Shown piece after piece: positions 51,637 through 64,000 of a stretch of DNA of 64,000 nucleotides (positions are counted from its first letter, which is position 1; every line of letters begins with the position of its first letter). This DNA comes from Torpedo marmorata (lineage: Eukaryota). The DNA lies in NCBI GenBank assembly GCA_977017645.1, contig OZ360221.1, positions 132,990,001 through 133,054,000 of the forward strand, in the 5' to 3' direction. The position numbers were made by a program, and so were the translations under genes. The notes under the pieces were generated by a model. That model had not been told where the DNA came from, did no database searches, and saw nothing but the letters and a program-made list of their open reading frames with translations.

Positions 51637-53543
51637 GTGAAATATCCTCAGCTCAGATTAGCACACGATCTGTCTAGTATTAGTCTTTGAATAACCATTG
51701 TTTGGATATTCCAGTCATTTCTTCAAACAAGTCTAGTCAGATGGCATCCAAACATTATTACAATCATTAACATTGCCTATAATATAGATGTTCCCAGAAA
51801 GTCGAGCCAATCTTCAGGCCAACACTACAGAATGTACTTTATGAGTTGTCCTGTCAGTTCTTTAATGCTTTAATTCTTTAAGCTCTCAGGTATATAGGTA
51901 TTACTTTCCTTTTTCTATCAGAACACAAGTTTCTAACTTTTCTGCTGAGATCCAATGGAAAGTCATTTGGTTCTGCGAACCATTTTGGTGTTAATCTTGT
52001 CTTGATCCTCAGCAGTGTCATTTGCTATCTATTTAAAACCTTGGTCATACCTCCGATTTCCTTTACTGCTCTGGCTGTTCCATACAGGCGAAAGAAGATG
52101 GTGAAAAACTTTTGGCTCAATTACTGCTTTCTTCTGCCTTTTATTTGATACTGGAATCTCGGTCAATGATGGGACATGGCGAATGTAAGGCACAATGTAG
52201 CCCAAATAACACAATCCTGTCCAGTTCGGAGGTAACCTTGCACATGCCTTGTGTCCATAAACAATGTACCATTATAGGGATTAAAGTTTAATCGCCACCT
52301 GGGATAAACATGTGTTTCCAGAGTCCTTGTCACTTTGTACCATCTTACAACTTGCTGTCCCTCTCTATTATTTTGAGGTTCTGATCATATTCACTATCAC
52401 CCATAGGTTAACCCCCCCCCCTCATTCATTATTGCTTCTTCAATAAGCACAAGGGAGCTTGTGACCTTCCAACACCTGAGGTGTTAGTGGTGACCAGGAA
52501 TAGTGATTTATTGGATCAGTTGTAATTAGGAAAGCACCAGCCATTGAAGGTATTCGAGGAATATCCCGCAGATATACCATCTGTTTTTGTTGATTGGGTG
52601 TTAACTACTTAAACTGTTCTACCCAGTTGCCTGCCGTCATTCCAGTTTACCAGAACTTCCTTTCGGTCTTCCTCTTCCATATTGTCAAGTTTAATACGTC
52701 TTTGCCCAATGTTCTTTGCTGCAATAATGGCACTTCCCAGGCAGGCGGTCTCTATAAGTGGGGGTTTGGGCATTAAACTTGCATCACTCAGATCCTTGCC
52801 CCTACGTCATGATCCAGTCCACTTGCCCAGGCAACTAGTGTTTTAGTAAATGAACTGATCCATTTCCCACTCTGACACTGTAGCCTTTAATATTTTGGAC
52901 ATTTCTGGATTTAGGCCAGCCTTTAAATCACTTATCAGCAGGTGCAACGAGCTATCATCATCTTTAGGAATATTCATTACCATCCTAAATGTTCAATACA
53001 AGTTTATTGTCATCTGATTGTACAAGTACAACCCGACAAAACAGCGTTCTCTGGTCCTCAGTGCAAAAACATGCAGACATACAAACAGACAGGACAAGTA
53101 TTATATCTATAAAAATAAATATTGTTTTGTACAAATGAGAGTCTCGGATGGATAGTGTGAGCAGTTCCTTTGGTCGTTCAGCATTCTCACTGCCTGTGGG
53201 AAGAAGCTGTTCCTCAGCCTGGTGGTGCTGGCTCTGATACTCCTGTATCTCTTCCCTGACGGGAGCAGCTGAAAGATGCTGTGTGCAGGGTGGAAGGGGT
53301 CCTCAATGATTTTGTGCGGCCTCTTCAGACAACGATTCCAGTAGATCACGTCGATGGGGAGGGAGACTCCAGTGATCCTTTCTGCCACCCTTATGGTCCT
53401 GTGGATTGACCTCCAATCCATTTCTCTGCAGCAACCATACCACACTGTGATGCAGCTGGCCAGGGCGCTCTCATATAGCTCCTATAGAAGGTTGACATAA
53501 TGGTGGCTGGTAGCCTTGCCTGCTTCATTCTCAGGAAGTGCAG

Positions 53544-53814
53544 TCAGAATCAGAATCAGAATCAGAATCAGAATTTATTGTCATGAACAAGTCATGAAAT
53601 TCGGTGCTTTGCGGCAGCATCATAGTGCAATTAACATTCATATTAACCATTCTAACGACATTACTATATAAAAATTATAAACAATAGTGCACTAGTGTCT
53701 TTGGTTCATTGATTGTTCAGGAATCTGATGGCAGCAGGGAAGAAGCTGACCTTGTGCCGTTGAGTGCTCGTCTTTAGGCTCCTGTACCTTTTCCCCGATG
53801 GAAGCAGCGTGAAG
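53544..53814 (-). mobile_element. Short Rex1/Babar subfamily B 3' end
   Basis: (AGAATC)n tail plus 3'UTR, nearly identical to 48428-48693. Confidence 0.92.
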
Positions 53815-53828
53815 AGTGAGGAGATGTT

Positions 53829-56716
53829 AAAAAATACCGGTGAAATAACTTATAAACCCCAAGAAATAAATGAATCTTTTAAAGATTATTATCAGAATTT
53901 ATATAGATCTCAGGTTGATCATGACGATTTGAAGATTAATAGATTTCTATCTAAAATTACTTTACCTAAATTGAATATTCAGAATAAAAATTCTTTGGAT
54001 TTACCTTTTACGATGAGAGAAGTTAGTGAGGTTCTTTCGACGTTGAAAAGTGGTAAATCCCCTGGTGATGATGGATTTCCAGTAGAATTTTATAAGGAAT
54101 TTAAAGATTTATTAATACCTCCATATATGGAAGTATTGAATCAAATTACGGAAACCCATTTATTACCGAAAACATTTTTGAATGCTATTATCACAGTTAT
54201 ACCAAAGAAAGATAGAGATGTATTAAAAACTGAGTCATATAGACCTATTTCTTTGTTAAATGTAGATTATAAAATAATGGCAAAGATTTTGGCTAATAGA
54301 ATAGCTAAATATTTACCAAATTTGATACATCCAGATCAAGCTGGCTTTATTAAAAATAGATATTCAAAAGACAATATAGCTAGATTAATAAGTTTAATTA
54401 ATTTATATAAAAAGAAACAGGATTTACCATTGGTTGTAACGCTGGATGCAGAAAGGGCTTTTGACAGATTAGAATGGAATTTTTTATTTAAGGTGTTAGA
54501 GAAATTTGGTTTTGGGAATACTTTTATAAATTGGATTAAAGCTATAATATAGAGAACCTACAGCTAAAGTAATTACAAATGGACAAATATCGCCAAAATT
54601 TCCTTTAACGCATTGTACGAGGCAGGGATGTCCCCTGTCACCAGCCCTATTTGTTTTGGCAATAGAACCTTTGGCTGAATTGATTAGAATAGATCCTAAC
54701 AAAGTAGGGATTAAAGTAGGTATGGAAGAACATAAGATTAGTCTGTTTGCAGATGATGTATTAATATATATGACGAAATCTATTACATCACTTCAACAAC
54801 TAGCTATTATATTAACAGAATATGGTGAAATATCTGGTTATAAAATTAATTCAGATAAAAGTGAGATAATGGCTTTATCTCAAGGTGATTATACTAGATG
54901 TAGAGAGGTCACGGAATTTAAGTGGGCAAAAGAAGGAATCAAATATTTGTGAGTTAAAGTGGATACAAAATTAGAAAATTTGTATAAATTAAATTATGTA
55001 CCTTTATTTATGAAAATAAAGAAAGATTTGGAAAATTGGAAAGATTTCCCTATAACTTTAATGGGAAGAGTAAATTGTATTAAGATGAATATTTTTCCAA
55101 GAATTCAATATCTTTTTCAATCAATTCCTTTTGGAATTCCAAAATTTTTTAAAAAAGTTTTAGTTTATTATTAGGAAATTTTTATGGAAAGGGAAGTTAG
55201 CAAGAGTAAGTATGGATAAATTAACATGGAATTATGAGATGGGAGGATTGCAACTTCCTAATTTTCAATATTATTATAAAGCAGCTCAATTAAAATTTGT
55301 TAATGAATTTTTTGATTTAGCTAAATCTTCTGCTTGGATTAATATAGAATTAAATAATATAGGAGAAAATTATAAAGAGGATATTATTTATAAGTGGAAC
55401 TCTAAATTATTATCAGTAAAAAAGAAAAATTCACCGATTATTAAACATTTGTTGGAAATATGGACACAGGTAGATAAAGAAATAGGTGGAAAAGGGTTAA
55501 TTTACTTAAATATGCCATTATATCAAAATCCACTTTTACCATTTACTATTAATAATCAGTTATTGAAATTATGGTTTCAAAAAGGAATTAAGAATTTTAA
55601 AGATTGTTTTGAGGCTGGAAGATTTGTTAAGTTTCAAAGATTGAAGGAAAAATTTAATGTATTAGATAGTACATGGTTAGCTTACTATCAAGTTAAAGCT
55701 TTTTTTGATTGAGAAATTAGGGGATGATTTGATTGCACCAAGACAAAATGAGTTAGAATTATTAATAACTAAAGCAAATGTCAATAAGTTTATTTCTCAA
55801 ATGTATAAATTATTTCAGAGAAAAATGTAGGATTACATAAATCAAGATTAAAATGGGAATTAGATTTAAATGTTAATATAGCTGAAAATCATTGGAAAGA
55901 TTTATGTAAATTAAGTATGACTAAAGTTATTAATGTTAGATATAGATTAGTACAATATAATTTTTTCCATCAATTTATATTTAACACCAAAAAAATTAAA
56001 GAAATTTAATCCGACATTATCAGATTTGTGTTTTAGATGTAAGAGTGAAGTAGGTTCTTTTGTTCACTCTACATGGTTATGTCCAAAAATTCAAGATTTT
56101 TGGTTGAAAGTTAAGAATTTTTTAGATAGAGTTTTCAATGTTATGTTTCCATTGGATCCTATGTTATTTTTATTCGGAGATATTAGAAAATTTAGTATTA
56201 GGAATAGATTGAATATGTATCAGGTAGAATTTTTACGAATTGCTTTAGCTGTTTCAAAAAAAATGCATTGCTATTACTTGGAAATCAGATTTAGATTTAA
56301 GTTTAGAAAGGTGGCATGCAGAACTCCGTTCGTGTATTCCTCTGGAAAAGATTACTTATAATTTACGTAATAAGTATCATTTTTGAAAATTTGGAGCCCA
56401 TATATGAGAGTTATGGGTTTAATGATTTGAAAATCTCTAGATATCAGGTCTACTGGCGAGTTTAACCTCCATGATAGAATTAGCTTGTAGATGGTTCTCC
56501 CCTTACTATTAATCTATCATTTTCTTCTTTTTTACTATACTTTATATTTTTTTTAATTATTTTTTAGAATAGTGGGGATGGGGGGTTTGGGAAGGGAGGG
56601 TGGGTATGGGGGGAGGAAATATGTATCACATGTATTTTGAAAGCTATACATTTTAATCTATGTATTTTGTGATTTAAAAATTTTTAAATAAAATAATTAA
56701 AAAAAAAAAAAAAAAA
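53829..56716 (+). mobile_element. 5'-truncated L1-clade LINE with RT, CCHC, 3'UTR and poly-A; disrupted
   Basis: KSPGDDG, YRPISLLNVDYKI, DQAGF, LDAERAFD, RQGCPLSP, LFADD, IKYL, CFRC; 14 bp TSD AGTGAGGAGATGTT at 53815-53828 and 56717-56730. Confidence 0.95.
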
Positions 56717-56952
56717 AGTGAGGAGATGTTGAGTGTCCACGATAAGTCACTAGTTAAGTGAACTCCAAGGAACTTGGTGCTCTCAACTCTTTCTACTACA
56801 GAGTTGTTGATGTGTAGTGGAGGGTGGTCATTCCTGGTCCTCCTGAAGTCCACGATCATCTCCTTCGTCTTGTCCACGTTGAGATTCAGGTTGTTACTCT
56901 CGCACCATTTCACGAGATTTTCCACCTCTTCTCTGCACTGCAACTCATTGTT

Positions 56953-58704
56953 TTTTTTAAAATATTTTAAAATTTTAAATCACAAAATACATAAGATAAA
57001 ATATAAAATTGTCAAAATACATGTGATACATTTTCACCCCCCCCGCCTCCCTCCCCTCCCACCCCTTCTAATCTAGTAAAAATAATCAGAATTTATTGTC
57101 ATGAACAAGTCATGAAATTCGGTGTTTTGCGGCAGCATCATAGTGCAATTAACATTCATATTAACCATCTTACGACATTACTAAAAAAATTATAAACAAT
57201 AGTGCACGAAAAGTAAGGCAGTGTCTTTGGTTCATTGATTATTCAGGAATCTGATGGCAGTGGGGAAGAAGCTGTCCTTGTGCCGTTGAGTGCTCGTCTT
57301 TAGGCTCCTGTACCTTTTTCCCGATGGAAGCAGAGTGAAGAGGGCATGGCCTGGGTGGTGGGGATCTTTGAGGATAGAGGCTGCTTTTTTAAGACACCGC
57401 CTTAATAAAAAGAAAGAAAGAAAAAGATAGAATAAGGAGAATGTCAATCTAAAAAATACATCAATAACAAATTTTATTATGGAGGATAGGTTCGCCAGTC
57501 AGATCCGATGTCCAGAGATCTTGAAATCGTTAAACCAACAACCTTCATATATGGGCTCCATATTTTCAAAAAGAAATGATATTTATTACGTAAATTATAA
57601 GTAATTTTTTCAAGTGGTATACATGAATGAAGTTCTGCATGCCATCTTTCTAACCCTAAATCTACATCAGATTTCCAAGTGATAGCAATACATTTCTTAG
57701 AAACAGCTAAAGCAATTCGCAAAAATTCTATTTGATACATATTTAATTTCATCTTAATACTAACTCTTTTAATACCTCCAAATAAAAATGTCATAGGGTC
57801 CATTGGGAATGTAATTTTTAATACTTTATCTAAAAACTTTTTAACTTTCAACCAAAAATCATAAACTTTTGGACAGAACCATGTAGAATATACAAAAGAA
57901 CCTTCCTCTCTATTACATCTAAAACATAAGCCTGGTAATGTCGCGTTAAATTTCTTTAACTTTTTAGGTGTTAAATATAATTGATGAAAAAAATTATATT
58001 GAACTAATCTATATCTAACATTAATAATCTTCGTCATACTTAATTTACATAGTTCTTTCTATTGTTATTCAAATCTAATTCCCATTTTAATCTTGATTTA
58101 TGAATTCCTACTTTAGGGATTTTTCTCTGAAACAATCTATACATTTGAGAAATAAATTTATTTACACCCCCGTTAGTAACTAATCATTCTAACTCACTGT
58201 CTTGGTAGAATCAAATTATAACCTAATTTCCCAACTAAAAATGCTCTAATTTGATAATAAGCAAAAAGTGTATTATCCAATACATTAAACTTATCTTTCA
58301 TTCTTTGAAAAGTAATAAATTTACCAGCTTCAAAACAGTCATTTATTTTCTTAATTCCTTTTTGAAACCAAATTTTAAATAATTGATTATCAACAGTAAA
58401 TGGAATAAGTTCATTTTGATAGAGGCATTTTTGGAGAAATCAATCCTTTCCATCCTATCTCCCTATCCACTCTATTCCATATTTCTAACAAATGTTTAAA
58501 GATAGGAGAGTTCTTCCTTCTTGTTAATATTAATTTAGAATTCCATTTATAAATAACTTCTTCTTTGAAATCTTCTCCTATATTATTTAATTCTATTCTA
58601 ATCCAAGCAGAAGACTTAGTTAAATCAAAGAATTCATTAACAAATTTTAGTTGAGCTGCTTTATAATAATTTTGAAAATTATGAAGTTGTAAACCACCCA
58701 TTAG
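56953..58704 (-). mobile_element. 5'-truncated L1-clade LINE whose 3'UTR is interrupted by a Rex fragment
   Basis: ORFs 58411..58701 and 57477..58037; TSD TGCAACTCAT(T/C)GTT at 56939-56952 and 58705-58718. Confidence 0.92.
57084..57402 (-). mobile_element. Short Rex1/Babar subfamily B 3' end inside L1 3'UTR
   Basis: [19 protein letters not shown]...IRFLNNQ plus the subfamily B tail. Confidence 0.92.
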
Positions 58705-59950
58705 TGCAACTCATCGTTGTTGCTGATGAGGCAAACTACTGTTGTCATCTGCAAACTTGCTGACACTGTTGGAGCTGGATCTGGCGATGCATTTGTGAGC
58801 CAGTAGCGTGAACAGCAGTGGCTGAGCACACAGCCCTGAGATGCACCAGTGCTCAGCGTGACGGTGCTCGATATTCTGCTACCGACCTGGACAGACTGTG
58901 GTCTTTCAGTTAGGAAGTCCAGGATCCAGTTACAGCGAGGGGTGTTGAGTCCCAGCGAGGACAGCTTCTCCACAAGCCTCTGGGGAATGTTCATTTTAAA
59001 CACCGAGCTGAAGTCAATGAACAACAGCCTGGCATGTGAGGTGTCATTCTCCAGGTGGGCCAGGACAGGGTGAAGCGACAAGGCTATAGCATCGTCTTTG
59101 GAACAGTTTCTTTGAAATGCAAATTGAAATGGATCCAGCGTCCCTGGGAGGTGTGTTTTGATGCGTTCCAACACTTGACGCTTTTCATAATGGAGGTCAG
59201 TGCCACAGGGCGGTAGTCATTGAGGCCTGTTATTGTCGCCCTCTTGTGTACTGGGATGATGGTGGCTGTCTTGCACCCTGCAGGAGCGATGGACTGCTGC
59301 AGTGAGGTGTTGAAGATGTCCTTGAAGACCTCCGTCAATTGGTCTGCGCAGTCCTTCAGTACCCGACCAGGTATGTTTTTCTGGTCCCGCTGCCTTGTTG
59401 TGGGTTCACCCTGGATAGGGTTCTCCTCACCTCGGCGGCGGCTATGCGAGGGCGCCAGTTCATCAGGGGGACACGGAGCTAGACTGTTTTCCATAACTTC
59501 TGATTATATTCCATGACTTCCTCTCCTCAATCTACATCTGCTGAACTTGTTTCTCTGAGCTACTCTTGCATGTCTCCCCAGGCTGCTTCAATCTCCTGTT
59601 TGTCATTTTGTTTCAGTATCTTTTCCTGAGTCAGAGACTACCCGTACCAGGCACCATTACTGTCAGTATCTGAACTCTGTCCATGGGATGCAAGTTATAA
59701 ATGCCCCGTAACAGCATCATTGCATCCCATGACTTCATTCTCTGTTGTTTAGAGGGTGGAACTTTTTTAAGATAATTTATCAATTTTTTTTTTTCTGAAT
59801 CGACTAGCATGCAGCTGTAAAACTCCTGATATTCATTAGTCATCTGTTTTTCTGTGGATGTCAGTGTTCGGTGTTTTACCTTTTGCTATATCTTCAGGGA
59901 GCCTAAGAGATGCAGGGTTCCTCATTAAATTCATCAGAAAAGGTGTCCTC

Positions 59951-61619
59951 TACCATTGTTTATGAAAATAAAAAAAGATTTAGAAAATTGGAAAGATTTA
60001 CCTATAATTTTAATGGGAAGGGTAAATTGTATTAAAATGAATGTTTTTCCAAGAATTCAATGTCTTTTTCAATCAATTCCTTATGAAATTCCTAAAAATT
60101 TTAAAAAAGATTTAAACTCAATTATTAGGAAATTTTTATGGAAAGGAAAGTTGGCAAGGGTAGGTATAGAAAAATTAACTTGGAATTATGAAATGGGTGG
60201 TTTACAACTCCCTAATTTTCAAAATTATTATAGAGCAGCTCAATTAAAATTTATTAATGAATTTTTTGATTTAACTAAATCTTCTGCTTGGATTAGAATA
60301 GAATTAAATAATATAGGAGAAGATTCCAAAGAAGTTATTTATAAATGGGATTCTAAATTAATATCAACAAAAAGGAAAAATTCTCCTATTCTTAAACATC
60401 TGTTAGAAATTTGGAGCAAGACGGATAAAGAAATAGGAGGAAAAGGAACGATTTCTCCTAAGATGCCTTTATATCAAAATCAACTTATTCCATTTACCAT
60501 TAATAATCAATTATTTAAAATTTGGTTTCAAAAAGGAATTAAGAAAATAAATGATTGTTTTGAAGCTGGGACATTTATTACTTTTCAAAGAATGAAAGAT
60601 AAATTCAATATATTGGATAATACACTTTTTGCTTATTATCAAATTAGAGCATTTTTGGTTGAGAAATTAGGTTATAGTTTGATCTTACCAAGACAGAATG
60701 AATTAGAATTATTAGTTACTAAAGGAGATGTAAATAAATTTATTTCTCAAATGTATAGATTGTTTTAGAGAAAAACTCCTAAAGTAGGAATTCATAAATC
60801 AAGATTAAAATGGGAATTAGATTTGAATGTAACAATAGAAGAAAATCATTGGAAAGAATTATGTAAATTAAGTATGACGAAGATTATTAATGTTAGATAT
60901 AGATTAGTACAATATAATTTTTTTCATCAATTATATTTAACACCTAAAAAACTAAAGAAATTTAATCCGACATTATCAGGTTTATGTTTTAGATGTAATA
61001 AAGAGGAAGGGTCTTTTGTACATTCTACATGGTTTTGTCCAAAAGTTTATGATTTTTGGTTGAAAGTTAAAAAGTTTTTAGATAAAGTATTTAAGATTAC
61101 ATTCCCAATGGACCATATGTTATTTTTATTTGGAGATATTAAAAAACTTAGTATTAAGATGAAATTAAATATGTATCAAATAGAATTTTTGCGAATTGCT
61201 TTAGCTGTTTCAAAGAAATGTATTGCTATTACTTGGAAATCTGATGTAGATTTAGGGTTAGATAGGTGGCATGCAGAACTTCGTTCAGCTATACCACTTG
61301 AAAAAATTACTTATAATTTACGTAATAAGTATCATTTCTTTTTTAAAATATGGAGCCCATATATGAAAGTTGGTTTAAGGATTTGAAGATCTCTGGACAT
61401 CGGATCTACTGGCGAACCTATCCTCCATAGTAGAATTAGTTTATAGATTTAATTTTTAGATTGACATTCTCCTTACTCTATTTTTTTCTTTCTTTTATTT
61501 TTATTTTATTAGATTAGTAGGGATGGGAGGGGGGTGAAAATATATCACAAGTATTTTGATAATATATTTTATCTTATGTATTTTGCGATTTAAAATTTTA
61601 AATAAAATATTTAAAAAAA
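59951..61619 (+). mobile_element. 5'-truncated L1-clade LINE
   Basis: ORFs 59956..60768 and 60823..61386 are homologous to the other L1 copies; 3'UTR and A-tail present; no clear TSD. Confidence 0.92.
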
Positions 61620-61671
61620 CATCAGATTCTAATTTCTTTAGATTCTGATTATGGGGAAGCCTGTGTTCTTG

Positions 61672-62345
61672 TTTTTCAGATTTCAGATTTATTGAGTACA
61701 TACTTGACATCACATACAACCCTGAGATTCTTTTTCCTACAGGCCAGGCAGAATTACCACTTATTGGTAGTGCAAAAAAAAAACTCTACACAATGTGCAC
61801 ATGTAAACAAATAAATAAATGTAAACAACTGTGCAATACAGAGAGGAGAAAAAAAACCCAATAAAGTGCAAAAGTAAGAGCCCTTAAATGAGTCCCTGAT
61901 TGAGTTTGTTGTTGAGGAGTCTGATGGTGGAGGGGTAGCAGCTGTTCCTGAACCTGGTGGTGCAAGTTTTGTGGCACCTATACCTCTTTCCTGATGGTAG
62001 CAGCAAGAACAGAGTGGGCGCTGGGTGGTGTGGGTCCTTGATGATTGCTGCTGCTCTCCGACGGCAGCATTCCCCGTAGATGTTCTCGATGGTGAGAAGG
62101 GGTTTGCCTTTGATGTCCTGGACTGTGTCCACTACCTTTTGCAGGGCTTTACACTCGGGGATATTGGTGTCCCCATACCAGACCATGATGTAGCCGGTCA
62201 GCACACTTTCCACCACACATCTGTAGAAATTTGTAGGGTTTCCGATGTCACACCAAACCTCTGCAAACTCCTGAGGAAGTAGAGGTGCTGATGTACTTTC
62301 TTCCCAATGGCATTAGTGTGTTGGCTCGAGGAAAGATCCTCCAAA
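61672..62345 (-). mobile_element. Rex1/Babar subfamily D 3' fragment
   Basis: Homologous to 36512-37178 ([29 protein letters not shown]); (TCTGAAA)n tail. Confidence 0.9.
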
Positions 62346-62817
62346 ATCGCTCCATTTTCACTTCCTAATTTTTCTTCAAATTTGTGCTCTAATTTTTGTT
62401 TTGCTCTTTTAGTACTTTGAAGACTGCCAAATTCCTCTTTGCATTGTTTCATTCTTTTCATTAATTTCTTCTGACAATTTTACTTGGCTCATTAAACTAA
62501 CAACCATCGGAGTCTCTTTTTATCTCCCTTCAACAGTACCATCTTTCCCATACCCTTCTCATATCTCTTGGAGGCATCACATTTTTCACTGTCTTCCTTG
62601 GTCTTTTCCAGTTTGTTTTTTTCATACCCAATTTTTAGTATCTTTGGTTAGTTCCTCTATGGTAACTAAGAATACAGGACCTATTCTGTCAGCCTTGCTC
62701 TTTTTTTTTTATTTGGGGGATCCTGAGCTCTAGATCAATCTAGATAAAGGATTCCCACAATAAATCTATGAGAATTCTCTATCCAGGGGGTCGAGCTGCT
62801 GAATATGTTTGGGATAT

Positions 62818-63654
62818 CAAGATGGCGGTGTTGCCGGAGCCGCGGCAGCGCTGCCGCTGGTGCGGACCCGTGGGGAGCGAGGGAGCGGAGATGCAGTGCT
62901 CCCGTGGGGTCCAGCCGCCCAGTCGACTGCAGCTCCGCATGGGCTTTGAATGGCCAGTTGATGGAGCCGACGGTGGTTTTATTTGAGATCCCGCGACCGC
63001 GGGGTCTGCGCCCAAGATGGCGGCGCCTATTAATCAGCAGCAGCCACGAGGGGCTGCAGACTCCAGGGAAGCGGAGGACTGGAGCAGGTCACCAGAGGAC
63101 AGAAAGATCACCCCCCCCCTGGTCTGAGAAGAAGCGGAGGAGACGACCCACGGGATGGTGACCACGGCGGTGGACCAGTGAGGGGCTCTGAGGCTGAAGA
63201 ACCAGTGCATGCGGCAGCAGCTGGCAACTCGAGGCGAGGAACCCGTGGAGGCTGTGGGCTGCTGGAGACTGCTGTTGGGAGACTCGCGCTGGGCTGCGGA
63301 CTACTGGAGACTGGCTCGAACTGGCTGGAGGAATACCAGGTATCGGAACCGGGATGCGAGAGGGCGCCGAAGGGTTCCTGACCATGTCGGAGGTTCGGAT
63401 CTGGAGCTCGGGTTGCCAATGGTTTGGACTGGACTCAGTGTGGCTGTGGAAGTGCTGGAGGTGAATCTACGGACACTCGGTGACTCTGGGGGTACTCTCT
63501 TTTGCTTCTCTTTCTCTGACTGTAAGGATGTTAGAGGTGCTTAGGCAATTTCTGCCGGTGGCGAATCTGTTTGCCTTGCAGCAGGCAAAAAGAAATTTCA
63601 TGTCATATGACACTGTTTTATTACTATGACAATAAATTGAATCTTGAATCTTGA
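62818..63654 (+). mobile_element. GC-rich non-autonomous retroelement with Rex1/Babar-like tail, copy 2 (apparently complete 5' end)
   Basis: Starts CAAGATGGCGG, is colinear with 29600-30396 and ends GACAATAAA(TTGAATC)n. Confidence 0.8.
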
Positions 63655-64000
63655 TTTGCAGACCTTTACTGCTGCACTGGGGACACTTAATAGCTCCTTA
63701 CGATTGGTCTATTGTAGGTGTCAGTTTGGGGACGTGATCCTGCCAACCATGCCAATTGTGAGCATATTCTAGTTGTTTCTTCAAGCGAATCCGTAGTCTG
63801 ATAAAATGTGTAATTATCTTGTTCCTTTTATGAAGTAGGTGAACGGTTACATAGCAAAGTTTATCTACTGCTTCAGTTACCAGCTTCGAACTACTGTTAC
63901 AACTCATTTATACTGGCTTTCAACACAGCTGCATAACCATTGGTTCGTTTAAGCAAAGCTACTTATTGCAGTATACAAAAGGCAGTCGAATTTCGTGCCT

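Larger units (their letters stand above)
52993..59490 (-). mobile_element. Rex1/Babar LINE (subfamily A), host to several nested insertions
   Basis: Colinear pieces at 58705-59490 ([32 protein letters not shown]), 56717-56950 ([22 protein letters not shown]) and 52993-53545 ([17 protein letters not shown], tail GACAATAAA). Confidence 0.88.
20140..64000 (+). other. IGF2BP3 intron 2 (continues beyond window, >43.8 kb)
   Basis: Donor at 20140; I found no exon encoding the expected next peptide (RKLQIRNIPPHLQWE) in the window. A long second intron is typical of vertebrate IGF2BP genes. Confidence 0.7.

Noticed and set aside
52545-52585. Possible IGF2BP3 exon 3 (AGGAATATCCCG = RNIP)
   Set aside because: The surrounding codons do not give KLQI/PHLQWE, there is an in-frame TGA just upstream and there are no proper splice sites.

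Overview
This is vertebrate genomic DNA, most likely from a cartilaginous fish (HE1/V-SINE-type SINEs plus CR1, Rex1/Babar, L1 and Penelope-like repeats). The only host gene is IGF2BP3 on the + strand: a CpG-enriched promoter region, coding exon 1 (18941-19115) and exon 2 (20079-20139). Intron 2 runs off the window, and no exon 3 was found. A ~17 kb nearly TE-free zone surrounds the promoter, and the rest is dense, often nested, decayed retroelements and MITEs. The most unusual signal is a set of fold-back (palindromic) Penelope-like insertions carrying minimal hammerhead-ribozyme motifs. One is a 4.16 kb element with 1.5 kb inverted arms and a perfect 16 bp TSD inside a Gypsy gag. Two are 210-245 bp mini-palindromes that turn at the same point next to the hammerhead core and carry their 5-nt centre in opposite (flip/flop) orientations. 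Two 5S-rRNA-derived SINEs with Rex1/Babar-like tails also differ by an exact inversion of their 3' hairpin loop. Family names come from motif recognition by eye, with no database search, and the boundaries of old repeats are approximate.
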